Below, in pieces: positions 12,849 through 23,965 of a DNA stretch of 64,000 nt (position 1 is its first letter; every line of letters starts with the position of its first letter). This DNA is from Mobula birostris (lineage: Eukaryota): positions 4,340,001 through 4,404,000 of the forward strand of contig NC_092400.1 of NCBI RefSeq assembly GCF_030028105.1, read 5' to 3'. A program made the position numbers and the translations under genes. Under the pieces are notes generated by a model. It saw only the letters and a program-made list of their open reading frames with translations. It was not told the DNA's origin and did not search any database.

Positions 12849-13727
12849 TGCCTTCCTACCCACTGTACCTGCTGCACCTGACTGCTAACTGCCATTCATT
12901 GCCTTCCTACCCACTGTACCTGCTGCACCTGACTGCTAACTGCCATTCATTGCCTTCCTGCCGCACCTGACTGCTAACTGCCATTCATTGCCTTCCTACC
13001 CGCTGTACCTGCCGCACCTGACTGCTAACTGCCATTCATTGCCTTCCTGCCGCACCTGACTGCTAACTGCCATTCATTGCCTTCCTACCCGCTGTACCTG
13101 CCGCACCTGACTGCTAACTGCCATTCATTGCCTTCCTACCCGCTGTACCTGCCGCACCTGACTGCTAACTGCCATTCATTGCCTTCCTACCCGCTGTACC
13201 TGCCGCACCTGACTGCTAACTGCCATTCATTGCCTTCCTGCCGCACCTGACTGCTAACTGCCATTCATTGCCTTCCTACCCGCTGTACCTGCTGCACCTG
13301 ACTGCTAACTGCCATTCATTGCCTTCCTACCCACTGTACCTGCTGCACCTGACTGCTAACTGCCATTCACTGCCTTCCTACCCACTGTACCTGCCGCACC
13401 TGACTGCTAACTGCCATTCACTGCCTTCCTACCCACTGTACCTGCTGCACCTGACTGCTAACTGCCATTCATTGCCTTCCTACCCACTGTACCTGCTGCA
13501 CCTGACTGCTAACTGCCATTCACTGCCTTCCTACCCACTGTACCTGCTGCACCTGACTGCTAACTGCCATTCACTGCCTTCCTACCCACTGTACCTGCTG
13601 CACCTGACTGCTAACTGCCATTCATTGCCTTCCTACCCACTGTACCTGCTGCACCTGACTGCTAACTGCCATTCATTGCCTTCCTACCCACTGTACCTGC
13701 TGCACCTGACTGCTAACTGCCATTCAT
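12849..13727. repeat. Minisatellite: 15 x 51-bp units plus 3 x 38-bp deleted variants
   Basis: Unit TGCCTTCCTACCCACTGTACCTGCTGCACCTGACTGCTAACTGCCATTCAT repeated head-to-tail without spacers; 15x51+3x38=879 bp matches the span. Confidence 0.95.
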
Positions 13728-15574
13728 GCACAAGTACACCTATATTTTTGTGTTCTATTTATACACAGTTGCTTTGTTGAGATAATTGTCTGTAAGAAAA
13801 AACGAAATATATTAAATTCCATTTGCCAAGTTTGTGCCCACTCACTCAACCTATCCATAACTCCCTGTCATAAAAGCTAACATACTCTTTGCGTTTCTAA
13901 TCACCTGTTGACCCTTTCTATTGGCCTTCAGTCCTTTGTGTGTTTCTTTGAATATTGGCATCACCCAGTCTCACCATTTCCCCTTATGTGCACCAATGTG
14001 GATGACCTCACCTTTTTCCTGATTATATTTCACAGATACGGCCCCACCCATTCATTCAACTTTCCAAATTCCACTGAAGTCTCTCTTGATCTGCCACAAT
14101 AGTGACGATGCGAGGGCTGGTTCAAAGAGAATGACTAATTAACTGCAAACATAAGTGTTCTTGGAGGAGCAGCGGAAAAAAATACAATGAAATGCATCAT
14201 TTCCGTTAACAGCCAGCACACCCAAGGGCGTGCTGGGGGCAGCCCACAAGTGTCACCACATGATCCATGCCAATGCAGAATACCCACAATGCTCAGCAGA
14301 ACAACACAGAACACAATTAACAAAACAACAACAGCAAAACACAAGCCCCTTTCCTCCCTCCCACATATCCACATACAAGGACAGTCCTGCAACTCCAGGA
14401 CAGGGCAGGCCTTCGAGCCTCCAACCTCAAGGCTTCAGCCATCGGGCTTCGAATTCTGGACTTCCCATCAACTTTTGGGCTTTCACCTTTAGTATCAACC
14501 CCCCCCCCCCGGACTATCTGATGACGGGACCCCAATCTCCAGGCTCAAACTGTGGGCTCATCAACTTATCGGTCCTTGTGCTTCCTGTTCACACAGAGCT
14601 CCGACCCCAGGACAAGCAAGTCACCCATGGACGTTCTTCCTCACCTATGAACGTTCTTCATCTATGCAGCTGGTCTTTGAGTGCAGAGCAAAGGCCTGGA
14701 CTCCAGATGTTCTTCATCACCCGTCCATGTCACTAGCCTTTGAGCAAGGAGCAGAGGCCTACACTCTGAATGTCCTTCATCCATGTCCACATTGCTGGAC
14801 TTCGAGCTTGGAACGGAGGTCTAGACTCCACATGATTTAACTCCTCTACATCCCTATTCTAACCTGTAACTCCCTGATATCCCTGTCCCTGAACCCTAAT
14901 CTAACGACTAATTCCCCTCTCTGCCCTCAAAACCATCCCTAAGAACATAAACAAACTAAGTCTGAGCCACAACCTCAACAGAGGCACTTGAGGATTAATG
15001 GAACACTTGGGACCCATAGATATGAGATGCATTGGACATCTACATGGATTGGAAAGGTTTAAAGGGACATGTGCCAACCACAGGCAAACGGGACCAGCTC
15101 CATTAGGCAACTGGTCAGCATGAGTGAATTAGGCTGAAGGACACTGTTTCTGTGCTGTCTAACTCTGTGCCTGACAATTAGCTCATGAACTAGCAGCTTA
15201 GAACCCTGAGATATCTAAAGTAAAGATTGACGATTGGCTTTACTTGTCACATGTACATCAGAACATACAGAGAAAAAAAACACGTCACAAACAAGATGGC
15301 CTGCTGAGTTCCTCCAGCATTTTGTGCGTGTTGCTTGAAAAAAAAATTTCATCAAATCAGCCAGGATTGCGCTGGGCAGCCCAGAAATGTCGCCACTCTT
15401 CCGGCACAGACAGAGCATGCCCACAGACACTAACTTTAATCTGTACGTCTTTGCAATGTGGGAAGAAACTAGAGCACCTGAAGGACACCCATACGGTCAC
15501 GGCGAGAACATACAAACTCCTGACAAGCAGAGGCAGGAATCAAACCCCAATCTTACGGCTGGCGTGCTCTAAAG

Positions 15575-17630
15575 CTGTGGTTCTCAACCTCTTACTGCTC
15601 ATGGCCCACATTTGACTTTCATTGTGGGCCAAGGGGCCTGTATTGTGCTGTAGGTTTTCTATGTTTCTATTTACTGTTCCTCTGTGGCCCCCACCCCCCA
15701 GAGTCTCCACTAGTTGCTCAGGTGTTTTTTTTCAGTCACCTGTACTAATTATTCTAACATACAGTCAATATTTATGTTTTAACAAGTTATACATACATAT
15801 TATATGTTAAATATAATCTTACAGATGCATATGAAAAATAAAACTATTTCAAAGCTCTGAATGGGATACTTCATTTATAATACAGTTTATCTTCCAACCA
15901 GACTAGCAATCCCTTTGGGTATTTAGTGAGATCCTTATGACTGACACAAACTAGTGAGTTTTTGAATATCTGGTTGCTACTTGATTAAAGATAATCAAAG
16001 ATCGCCTCTTTTCACATCAAGGTGGATACGAGCTTTTGATAGCAGGTGAAGAGCTTGATTTAAAAAAAAATCACATTCAACTAAATAAGAGGTGGGACAT
16101 CCAATTAATGACAACTTTGCTTTCTCCCAGAGCTGTGGAAACTTATTTTGAATGTCAGGAGTTATCCAGGATTTTTTTTTTTGGGCTGTGTTTGAATTTT
16201 GCTTGAGCTGCTGGGTCACTCTGCAGCTCAGTGAGACATTGTTGCAACATGGTGTCAACATCATTCATGGATCCACCACCCAATCTGGAATATCCATTTC
16301 CAGCAGCTCTGAGAACCAAAATCCATATCAGTATGCAGTTGTTTCAAATGATCAAGGTACAATCAGATCGCAATTCTATTTTAAGAGTAGCCAGTAAAGG
16401 AAATTACAGAAACTTGTAACGTCCAGTATTGCTGCTGAAAAGTTTGAGTCTTCCAGGGAAAGTGGTAATAACTTCTTTGCACGATATTGGATTACCGTTT
16501 TTCCCTCGTTTAATAAATTCAGCTTTTCAGATAGATCTGACAGTTAGCTTTCATAAGTCAAGGGATAGAGTTTAAGAGTCACGAGGTAATGATGCAGCTC
16601 TATAAAACTCTGGTTAGGCCACACTTGGAGTACTGTGTTCAGTTCTGGTCACCTCACTATAGGAAGGATGTGGAAGCATTGGAAAGGGTACAGAGGAGAT
16701 TTACCAGGATGCTGTCTGATTTAGAAAGTATGCATTATGATCAGAGATTAAGGGAGCTAGGTCTTTACTCTTTGGAGAGAAGGAGGATAAGAGGAGACAT
16801 GATAGAGATATACAAGATATTAAGAGGAAATAGATAGAGTGGATAGCCAGTGCCTCTTCCCCAGGGCACCACTGCTCAATACAAGAGGACATGGGTTTAA
16901 GGTAAGGGGTGGGAAGTTCAAGGGGGATATTAGAGGAAGGTTTTTTACTCAGAGAGTGGTTGGTGCGTGGAATGCACTGCCTGAGTCAGTGGTGGAGGCA
17001 GATACACTAGTGAAATTTAAGAGACTACTAGACAGGTAAATGGAGGAATTTAAGGTGGGAGTGTTATATGGGAGGCAGGGTTTGAGGGTCGGCTCAACAA
17101 TGTGGGCCGAAGGGCCTGTACTACGCTGTACTATTCTATGTTCTATGTTCTAAGATATGGTCAGACTTATTAACAGTGACAATTTGTTCTCCAAGCAGCT
17201 TATCGCTTAGAAACTATCCCAAGGTGCAATAAAGTGACAAAGGCAATTACCTTTTGATAACCACTGGACCGCGGTGCACATTAGCAGCCGTTCAAATTCT
17301 TCTTCGTTCCCCCCACTAAGTTGTGGGGGAAGACGATCTTGGAGTGCTTTTGGTTTGAGGAAGCTGGCAGCTGCTAATACAGCAGCAAGGGCGTTGTGTG
17401 AAACTCCTCCCAATTTTTTTGCCATCGAAGCAGCACCATCAGTTACAGAGACTATTATACTTTCTGCCTGTAGTTTCTGCTATCATTTCTACTGATACAA
17501 ATCAGAGCGCATACGCAGTCAGCCACTCTCTTGAGCAACTCAAAGGTATCAAGGCGCATTGATGAAATGTCTGATCATGTGGAAAATCAACGAGCTGCAC
17601 CTGGAAATCAAAATAAACTAAATTTTCAGG
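15575..17630 (-). mobile_element. Fossil hAT (Buster/Charlie-type) transposon with degenerate transposase, interrupted by CR1 pieces
   Basis: Minus-strand motifs TDGAASM, EEFERLLMCTAVQWLSKGNCL, LLEMDIPDWVVDP and KFPQLWEKAKLSL..PTSYLVEC...RGDL. TIR-like CTGTGGTTCTCAACCT at 15575 follows CTCTAAAG (nnnTAnnn). The other terminus was not found. Confidence 0.8.
16551..17151 (+). mobile_element. Young CR1 LINE 3' fragment nested in the hAT fossil
   Basis: LYKTLVRPHLEYCVQFWSP...RRFTRM and NTRGHGFKV...FFTQRVVGAWNALP; (TTCTATG)n tail. A near-identical 3' end occurs at ~40217-40346. Confidence 0.9.
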
Positions 17631-18265
17631 CAGTTCTTTGAACATGTCATAAATATTTTCGAAATGCTACGATATATGCACAAGTGACAATAAAGAGCCA
17701 AGAAATGTGAATTGAACTTCCTTTCAAGAGATGATGCATACCAGGGATGTCATGGAAGCTGCAGCGGGAGATAGCGATGCAGTGGCAGACCTCAGGTGTT
17801 CTTGGTTCTCCGCTGTTTAGCCCTTTCTCGCCGGTGACCCCACTGCAGTAACTGCGGCCTTCCTGTCACGTTTTATAAGTATCATGACACGAGCAGGTCA
17901 GTGGAAGGCAGACAGACCCAGCTTCCTGCTGCAGACAACCTGGCCAATCTCCAGCTTGCTCGCAATACTCATAAACTGTTTTAATTAGATTACTACAACA
18001 TGCGCCAGTCCAGACTTTCGGTATTACTTCCCTTCTGATATGGAAGACCTGACAACTTCTGACAGTCTTTCAGCTGGATTTAGGCATGGAAGGTTCCCTA
18101 TTAACACATAATTATCTGTAACAAATTAATCATAATCACTAGCTAGAGGAATACATAGCGGGCTGTTGTGCTGGGTCACACACGACTTTTCACTGTATAA
18201 TCAGTGATTTGGGGGTGGATGTGGAGCGGGACTCTGTGAACGGGGATTCGTGCATGGTCGGGAGC

Positions 18266-18572
18266 GTGGCGCGTGGCCAAGTGGTTAAGGCGTCGGTCTA
18301 GTGATCTGAAGGTCGCTAGTTCGAGCCTCAGCTGAGGCAGCGTGTTGTGTCCTTGAGCAAGGCACTTAACCACTCATTGCTCTGCGATGACACCAGTGCC
18401 AAGCTGTACCGGTCCTAGTGCCCTTTCCTTGGACAACATCGCTGGTGTGGAGAGGGGAGACTTGCAGCATGGGCAACTGCTGGTCTTCCATACAACCTTG
18501 CCCAGGCCTGCGCCCTGGAAACCTTCCAAGGCGCAAAGCCTTGGTTTCACAAGACTAACAGTTGCCTAAAAA
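18266..18572 (+). mobile_element. tRNA-derived SINE
   Basis: A box TGGCCAAGTGG, B box AGTTCGAGCC, central GTGTCCTTGAGCAAGGCACTTAACC domain, short A tail. Confidence 0.8.
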
Positions 18573-18639
18573 GAATGCTAGGGAGCATATATCTCAATGG
18601 TTTAATCTGACGAAGTCTGCCATATGTGCAAACCTGAAA

Positions 18640-19830
18640 GTAAAGTTCACCAAATCCTTCAGGGGATCGTAAACTCCCTAGTTTCTTTAGACGGTTCTAC
18701 AGTATGTTTCTTAAACTTGGTGGAGAAGGACTTCAGTCACAAATTCACAGGCTCATCATCCACATCTGCAAAGAGGGAGTCATGTCAAGAGACATCAGAC
18801 ATGCCACAATCATGACCATATTCCAGAAAGGAATCAAATTTAATGATGGTACCTGCAGAGGGGTCTCCCAACAATGCAAAGGACAATGGACGGCTTCCAT
18901 TCATCAGTCCCCTCCCCCAAAGAACAAGAGGGTCCTTCCCAAATCACCTTGTAAATTCAGTCCATGCAGAAGAAAGACAAATAAGATCTTCACTAACTTC
19001 AGGAGAAATGAAGGAAGCAATAGCAATGATGAAGAAAGTATTTCTCAAAAGCATCAGTCACCATCAGTTGAGAAAGTTTGTGCAGTATCCTTCCTTATGT
19101 TTAGGTGTCTTCAATTACATATTTCCCTCCTTCATCTGTTACATGGTGGCAGGGAAACCATGATCTTCAGAAAGACTCGGGTGCTGCAACATCTATTCAC
19201 CGACTACTGCTAGGCAACGGGGCTTTGACCTGCTCCGCTTCCGACCTGGGCCAATTTACCCCTCTTTACAAACCTGGTGATTCCGGACTCCTCTGGAGAC
19301 ACCATATGGTGGCATGGAAACCGTGATCTTAAGAAAGACTCGGGCATCAAGTAAGGCTGTGTCATCACCCCAACCCTTTTCTCAAACTTTCTCCACACAA
19401 TACCCTCTGAGAAAATTCCAAATGGACAAAAATGTATCTGCAGATCAAGTGGGGAACTGTTCAACCACCATCACCTCTACCCCAGAACAAGGTCACCCCC
19501 AACCCGTGTCATCAAGCAGCAGTATGCAAGTGAGGTTGCATGTGACTCCTTCAAAGACTGAACCCCAAGTCCTCCCTCCTTCACTGAAGCATGCAAACGA
19601 ACAAGACATACAGCTACCATCCAAAGAATAAAGGTCATTTGCAAAGCTGCTCAGCAGTACCCCACCACCCAACAAAAGTCCACGATAGACCCTGGAGAGC
19701 TTGGACTGTATGCCATCCCTCAGGAGCCCCCTCGCAACAAGCAGAGACATCAATGATGAAATTAGATGCAACAGGGCAGAGGCAAGCTGGGCCAGGTGAG
19801 GAAACCCCTTAAATATTGTATTCGCATGTC
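18640..19830 (+). mobile_element. Degenerate RTE-clade LINE RT fragment
   Basis: LKLGGEGLQSQIHRLIIHI...ATIMTIFQKG...CRGVS resembles the RTE RT N-terminal motif; many frameshifts. Confidence 0.7.
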
Positions 19831-20233
19831 ATGCCAGGTGAGTGGCAATGGTGCAATCAGTTTTAAATCTGTAAGTTAGTGCAGCTTAACTGTGCTTATG
19901 ATAGGTGAGAACGAGGGGACATAGCTTCAACATTCGGGGAGCAGACAGGGGTGAGGAGGAACTACTTTCCCCAGAGGGTGGTGAATCTGTGGAATTCTCT
20001 GCCCAAAGAAGCAGTGGAGGCTACCTCAGTAAGTATATTTAAGACAAGGTTGGATAGATTTTTGCATGGCAGGGGAATTAGGGGTTATGGGGAAAAGGCA
20101 GGGAGGTGGAGATGAGTCCATGGCCAGATCAGCCATGATCTTATTGAATGGTGGAGCAGGCTCGACGAGCCAGTTTGCCTACTCCTGCTCCTGTTTTATA
20201 TGTTCTTATTTCTCAAAAGCATCAGTCACCATC

Positions 20234-20882
20234 GGTGGTGATATCTGTTATCTGTCAAGTAGGGGACCATGCACAATCCTGATTTGATGGAGACAGATGT
20301 GAGAGAACGGAGGAACATCTGGAAAACTTCTGAAAATGCCCGCTTCGCTGCCGCTGCTACTGCTACTGTGTGGTAACTGGAATCTCTGGAGCAGAAGGCC
20401 CTGAAATCCTCAGCTTTGCATGTTTCAGCGGCCGGGGCGAGGTTCAAGGCGCTCGGCAGAGGATGGCGCTCGGGAGGCTGTATCGGAGAGGCTGGTCGGA
20501 AGCTCGAAGTTTTCAGATGGATGGACTCAGTGTCGGCTGTGGTCGGTTGCTTCCAAGGCATCGGGCAAGTTGATGGTGCCTGGAGGTTTATGGCAGGGAG
20601 TTTCTCCCTTTTGCCGCCTGCTATCGGGGACTCGGGAGTCGATCGACTCGGGGACTTTGAGACTATTTTTACCGTGCCCATGGTTTGTTCTTCATCAAAT
20701 TATGGTATTGCTTTGCACTGCTGTAACTATATGTTATAATTATGTGGTTCTGTCAGTGTTAGTCTTTGGTTTGTCCTGTTTTCTGTGATATCACTCCGGA
20801 GAAACATTGAATCATTTCTTAATGCATGTATGCATTTCTAAATGACAATAAAAAGAGGACTGAGTGTTCTCATAATCTAATC
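20234..20882 (+). mobile_element. ~650-bp CpG-rich retroposon insertion (family unassigned)
   Basis: Splits a duplicated 38-bp sequence (see findings); ends in AATAAA...CATAATCTAATC; high CpG content suggests a young insertion. Confidence 0.5.
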
Positions 20883-21349
20883 AGTTGAGAAAGATAGGGA
20901 AATTTAATAAAAGATAGAGAAAGTTAGGGAAATAGCTTAGTTCATGATGAAAAGGTTTTGCATGGTTTACTCTTAGATATATTATTTATTATGAATAAAG
21001 TTTATTTTGTTAAAGAATATTCACTATCATGTCCTGTGTCATCATAACCTTGGGCTAGCTGATGAATTATTGCCGCAACAGATACCTCAAAATATTGGAA
21101 AGGCAGCACTTACACAAAACCATCAAGGTTTACTAGCACCTTTAATTCACATACAGTATTTGTAAATATATGGCATGGTATCATGATAAAGTTCCCAGTA
21201 AACTCAACAGGGGCAAAGGCAGTGAGGTAAACCACCCAGGCTACTTCAGCTGATTTTACTGATGATGAGGTTAGGTTGCCCCGCCCCACGCCACAAACTA
21301 AAGTAGTATAAAAGATGGGAAAACAAACATGCTTACTTTGTTTCTGAGG

Positions 21350-21800
21350 AATTGCGAACGGATGGGAACGCTGAGCAGGGATTTAACCACAATTTAACGT
21401 TCGCCCGGGCCGGCCTGACCTTTAACCCCACGCCTGCGCACTGGGCGGCAGTGGGTCCATGATGGCGGCGATGTGGGGACGGCTTTTCCGCAGCGGCTTC
21501 AGCGGCGTCCGTCAGCTGTCGGCGACGGCGGCCGGGGCCGAGGAGCACCAGAGCGGTGAGCGTGCTCGGCCGGCACTCTGGGGGGATGTGGACCGGGGCA
21601 GCGTGCGCGCAGGCCGCAGCGGGGCTCGGTGTTGGGCGGTGACCTTGCGGCCCGAAGGAGCGGCTCCGGATGAGGAACCTGGGCCGGGCGGGCGGCAGGA
21701 GCTGGCGGGGTCGGCCTGTGCTGGTAGACTTTCCCTTCGCTGAGGTGGGAGAGGGAGTTCCGATTGTAACTGCGGATCGGGTGATGCCGGATGGGGCCTC
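21350..21800 (+). promoter_or_regulatory. COX6A1 CpG-island promoter with ERR, NRF1-like and YY1-like motifs
   Basis: CpG-dense. TGACCTTTA at 21416-21424 (reverse complement TNAAGGTCA); ACGCCTGCGCA at 21430-21440; ATGGCGGC over the start codons. Confidence 0.65.
21459..21555 (+). CDS. COX6A1: Cytochrome c oxidase subunit 6A1, exon 1 (mitochondrial presequence)
   Basis: MMAAMWGRLFRSGFSGVRQLSATAAGAEEHQS, then donor G|GTGAGC, phase 1. Confidence 0.9.
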
Positions 21801-22857
21801 TTGCCCAGATCTGGCTGCAGCCAGAGGGGTGCAGTTAAAGTGGCGTGTGGGTGATCATTGCCCAAATTAAAATAATATATTTCCTTTGCTAGGAATTTTT
21901 AAAACATCTTACTCTGGATTATTAACTATGTCCAACAAACAATTCCAAGCATGGAGAATACTGTCTGCGGTTTATGCTCAAGGTCATGGCCAGAGTTTGA
22001 ACCATACCCTGAGAAGTGCTTCTATACCGGGTGTTAAATGGGTTAGAAATGACCGTTTGACCTGATTTTGGCCCCCTTCTACTTGCTTTGCCATTAAATA
22101 AAATTGGCTTAGACTCTGCTTTCTTGTTGACCGCAGTAACCTTTCACTTAGCTTATCAAGTATCTGTCTGTATTTGTATTAAAAATGTTCAAAGATACTG
22201 TTTCCATTGTCCTCTGAAATGAAGGCTTACAGGACATGTCATTGAAGGGATGAATGAAGCATCTTATTTGACCCCTTGATGGTTTTAAGTTAATTTTTCC
22301 ACAAGAGGAAACATCTTTCTATATCACCTTGTAAGGAGTTTTTCAGTCAATTTTCTTCGAAGCACTGGCAGATATAAACCTTCACTTATTAACCTATCTT
22401 AGTAGACAATCCACCCATTTCAGGTTAGCTTACTAAACCTATGAACAGTTTCCAATGCATAACATCTCCTGATCTAAGGAAACCAATATAACAGGGTTCT
22501 CTAGAAGTTTCCCCACCAGAGCTGGAGACAAAAGTAGGCAGGTAGATCTCCACTAACAGTAAAGATCTTTCCTATTTAACCTGCTGTATCTACCTACTAG
22601 CATTTTGAGAGTCATACATCGGACCACTATATTTGCAAATTTTTGCAACCAGCTGAGTTTGAACTTTATCTGAAGTCCTTATAAAATGACTCAATAGAGC
22701 TTTAAATCTGTACTGCCAAGGGATAGGTGTGTGAGATTGAAAGTATCTCATCAGAATGGGTAATGTGGTTTGTACCAGCAGTGATGGGAACATTGTCTTA
22801 GTGTATTATATCCTGGTGGACCTGGCTTTGGCAGTGATGTTCATTATCTTTCACTAG

Positions 22858-23000
22858 CACGCATGTGGAAAATCCTGACTTTTGTTGTTGCCATCCCTGG
22901 AGTATCCGTGTGCATGTTGAACTGCTACTTGAAGGCGCAGCAACACACCCATGAGAGGATAGAGTTTGTTCCTTACGAGCATCTTCGCATCAGGAGCAAA
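22858..23000 (+). CDS. COX6A1: COX6A1 exon 2
   Basis: Acceptor ttcactAG; (A)[25 protein letters not shown]...[12 protein letters not shown]; donor AAA|GTAAGT, phase 0. Confidence 0.97.
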
Positions 23001-23757
23001 GTAAGTAGAGCACTTGTTGTAAGTGAGGGAATTTTGTGCGTTCGTAATGTAATGGTTAATGTATATAAATCTAAAATCAAAACAGCTATCTTTATCAATG
23101 AAAAAAAGTCATCTTACAACCTATGAGCAAGCATTGTTCGCTTGCTAAATATTAATTGGACTGATTGTCATCCTCTGCAGATTTTGGTGAGAGATCAACA
23201 CCTGCTCCAGATATTTCCTTGAATGTGGTTTGAGTGAAGTGGCTCATAGCTGTCTGGCGATCCACAGCCATGAGTTGCTACCTCACCTGCTGGCAGTGAG
23301 GTTAAATGATTTCCCAAGGGGTTAATGCCAGTTGAAGATTGGGTCACAGTGCAGCTGCAGGAGACTAAAACATTATTTGACACTTGACTGAATATGATGG
23401 GCAGACACTTCTAGGAATGAGAACTGCTCAGACCACCAGCTCTCTCCAAACACCACAATCCCTGGAGCAAGGTGATAACTGCAGTCCACACTGGGACTGG
23501 TCCCTAGGAGGCATCAATATCTCCTCTGGGCAAGGAAATATTGACTCTGTTCTATTCTTCCATAGTGGTGCTTTGTGGAGATTAGCATTTCACACAGGGG
23601 TTTATCTCACTGGCACTGTCAATGAATCCTCATGATGTTGCAGGCATATCTCTGAATTATGGTGGGTTTGAAGGAATGGAAGTAGTTGTACCATTTAAAA
23701 TGGTTTCTGTTTCTGAATGAGTCATTCTAATATATATTTCTACCATTTTGTTTACAG

Positions 23758-23838
23758 CCATTCCCTTGGGGTGATGGGAACCATTCTTTCTTCCATAACT
23801 CCCATACCAATCCTCTGCCCACTGGCTGGGAAGATTGA
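23758..23838 (+). CDS. COX6A1: COX6A1 exon 3 (terminal)
   Basis: Acceptor tttacAG; [26 protein letters not shown] is the COX6A signature; total 106 aa. A1 rather than A2 is assigned from synteny with TRIAP1/GATC. Confidence 0.95.
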   Translation, partial: PFPWGDGNHSFFHNSHTNPLPTGWED

Positions 23839-23959
23839 AATTTTGGAGCAGAAAATTCCCCAGAGGTTATGGATTAAACCAGATTATGTAAATGAATGCA
23901 TTTTTCCCGAACAAGGGCAGAAGTCAGAGCTGTGTTTACCTTTACTGAGGTAGCACCAT

Positions 23960-23965
23960 AATAAA
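23960..23965 (+). terminator. COX6A1 polyadenylation signal
   Basis: AATAAA ~120 nt after the stop codon, followed by a GT-rich downstream element. Confidence 0.75.

Noticed and set aside
12849-13780. CRISPR-like array, or the 170-aa repeat ORF at 13268-13780
   Set aside because: Units are contiguous with no unique spacers and the context is eukaryotic; the ORF arises only because 51 bp is a stop-free multiple of 3.
18266-18340. Second tRNA gene
   Set aside because: Has A/B boxes but no proper cloverleaf or terminator, and continues into a SINE body.
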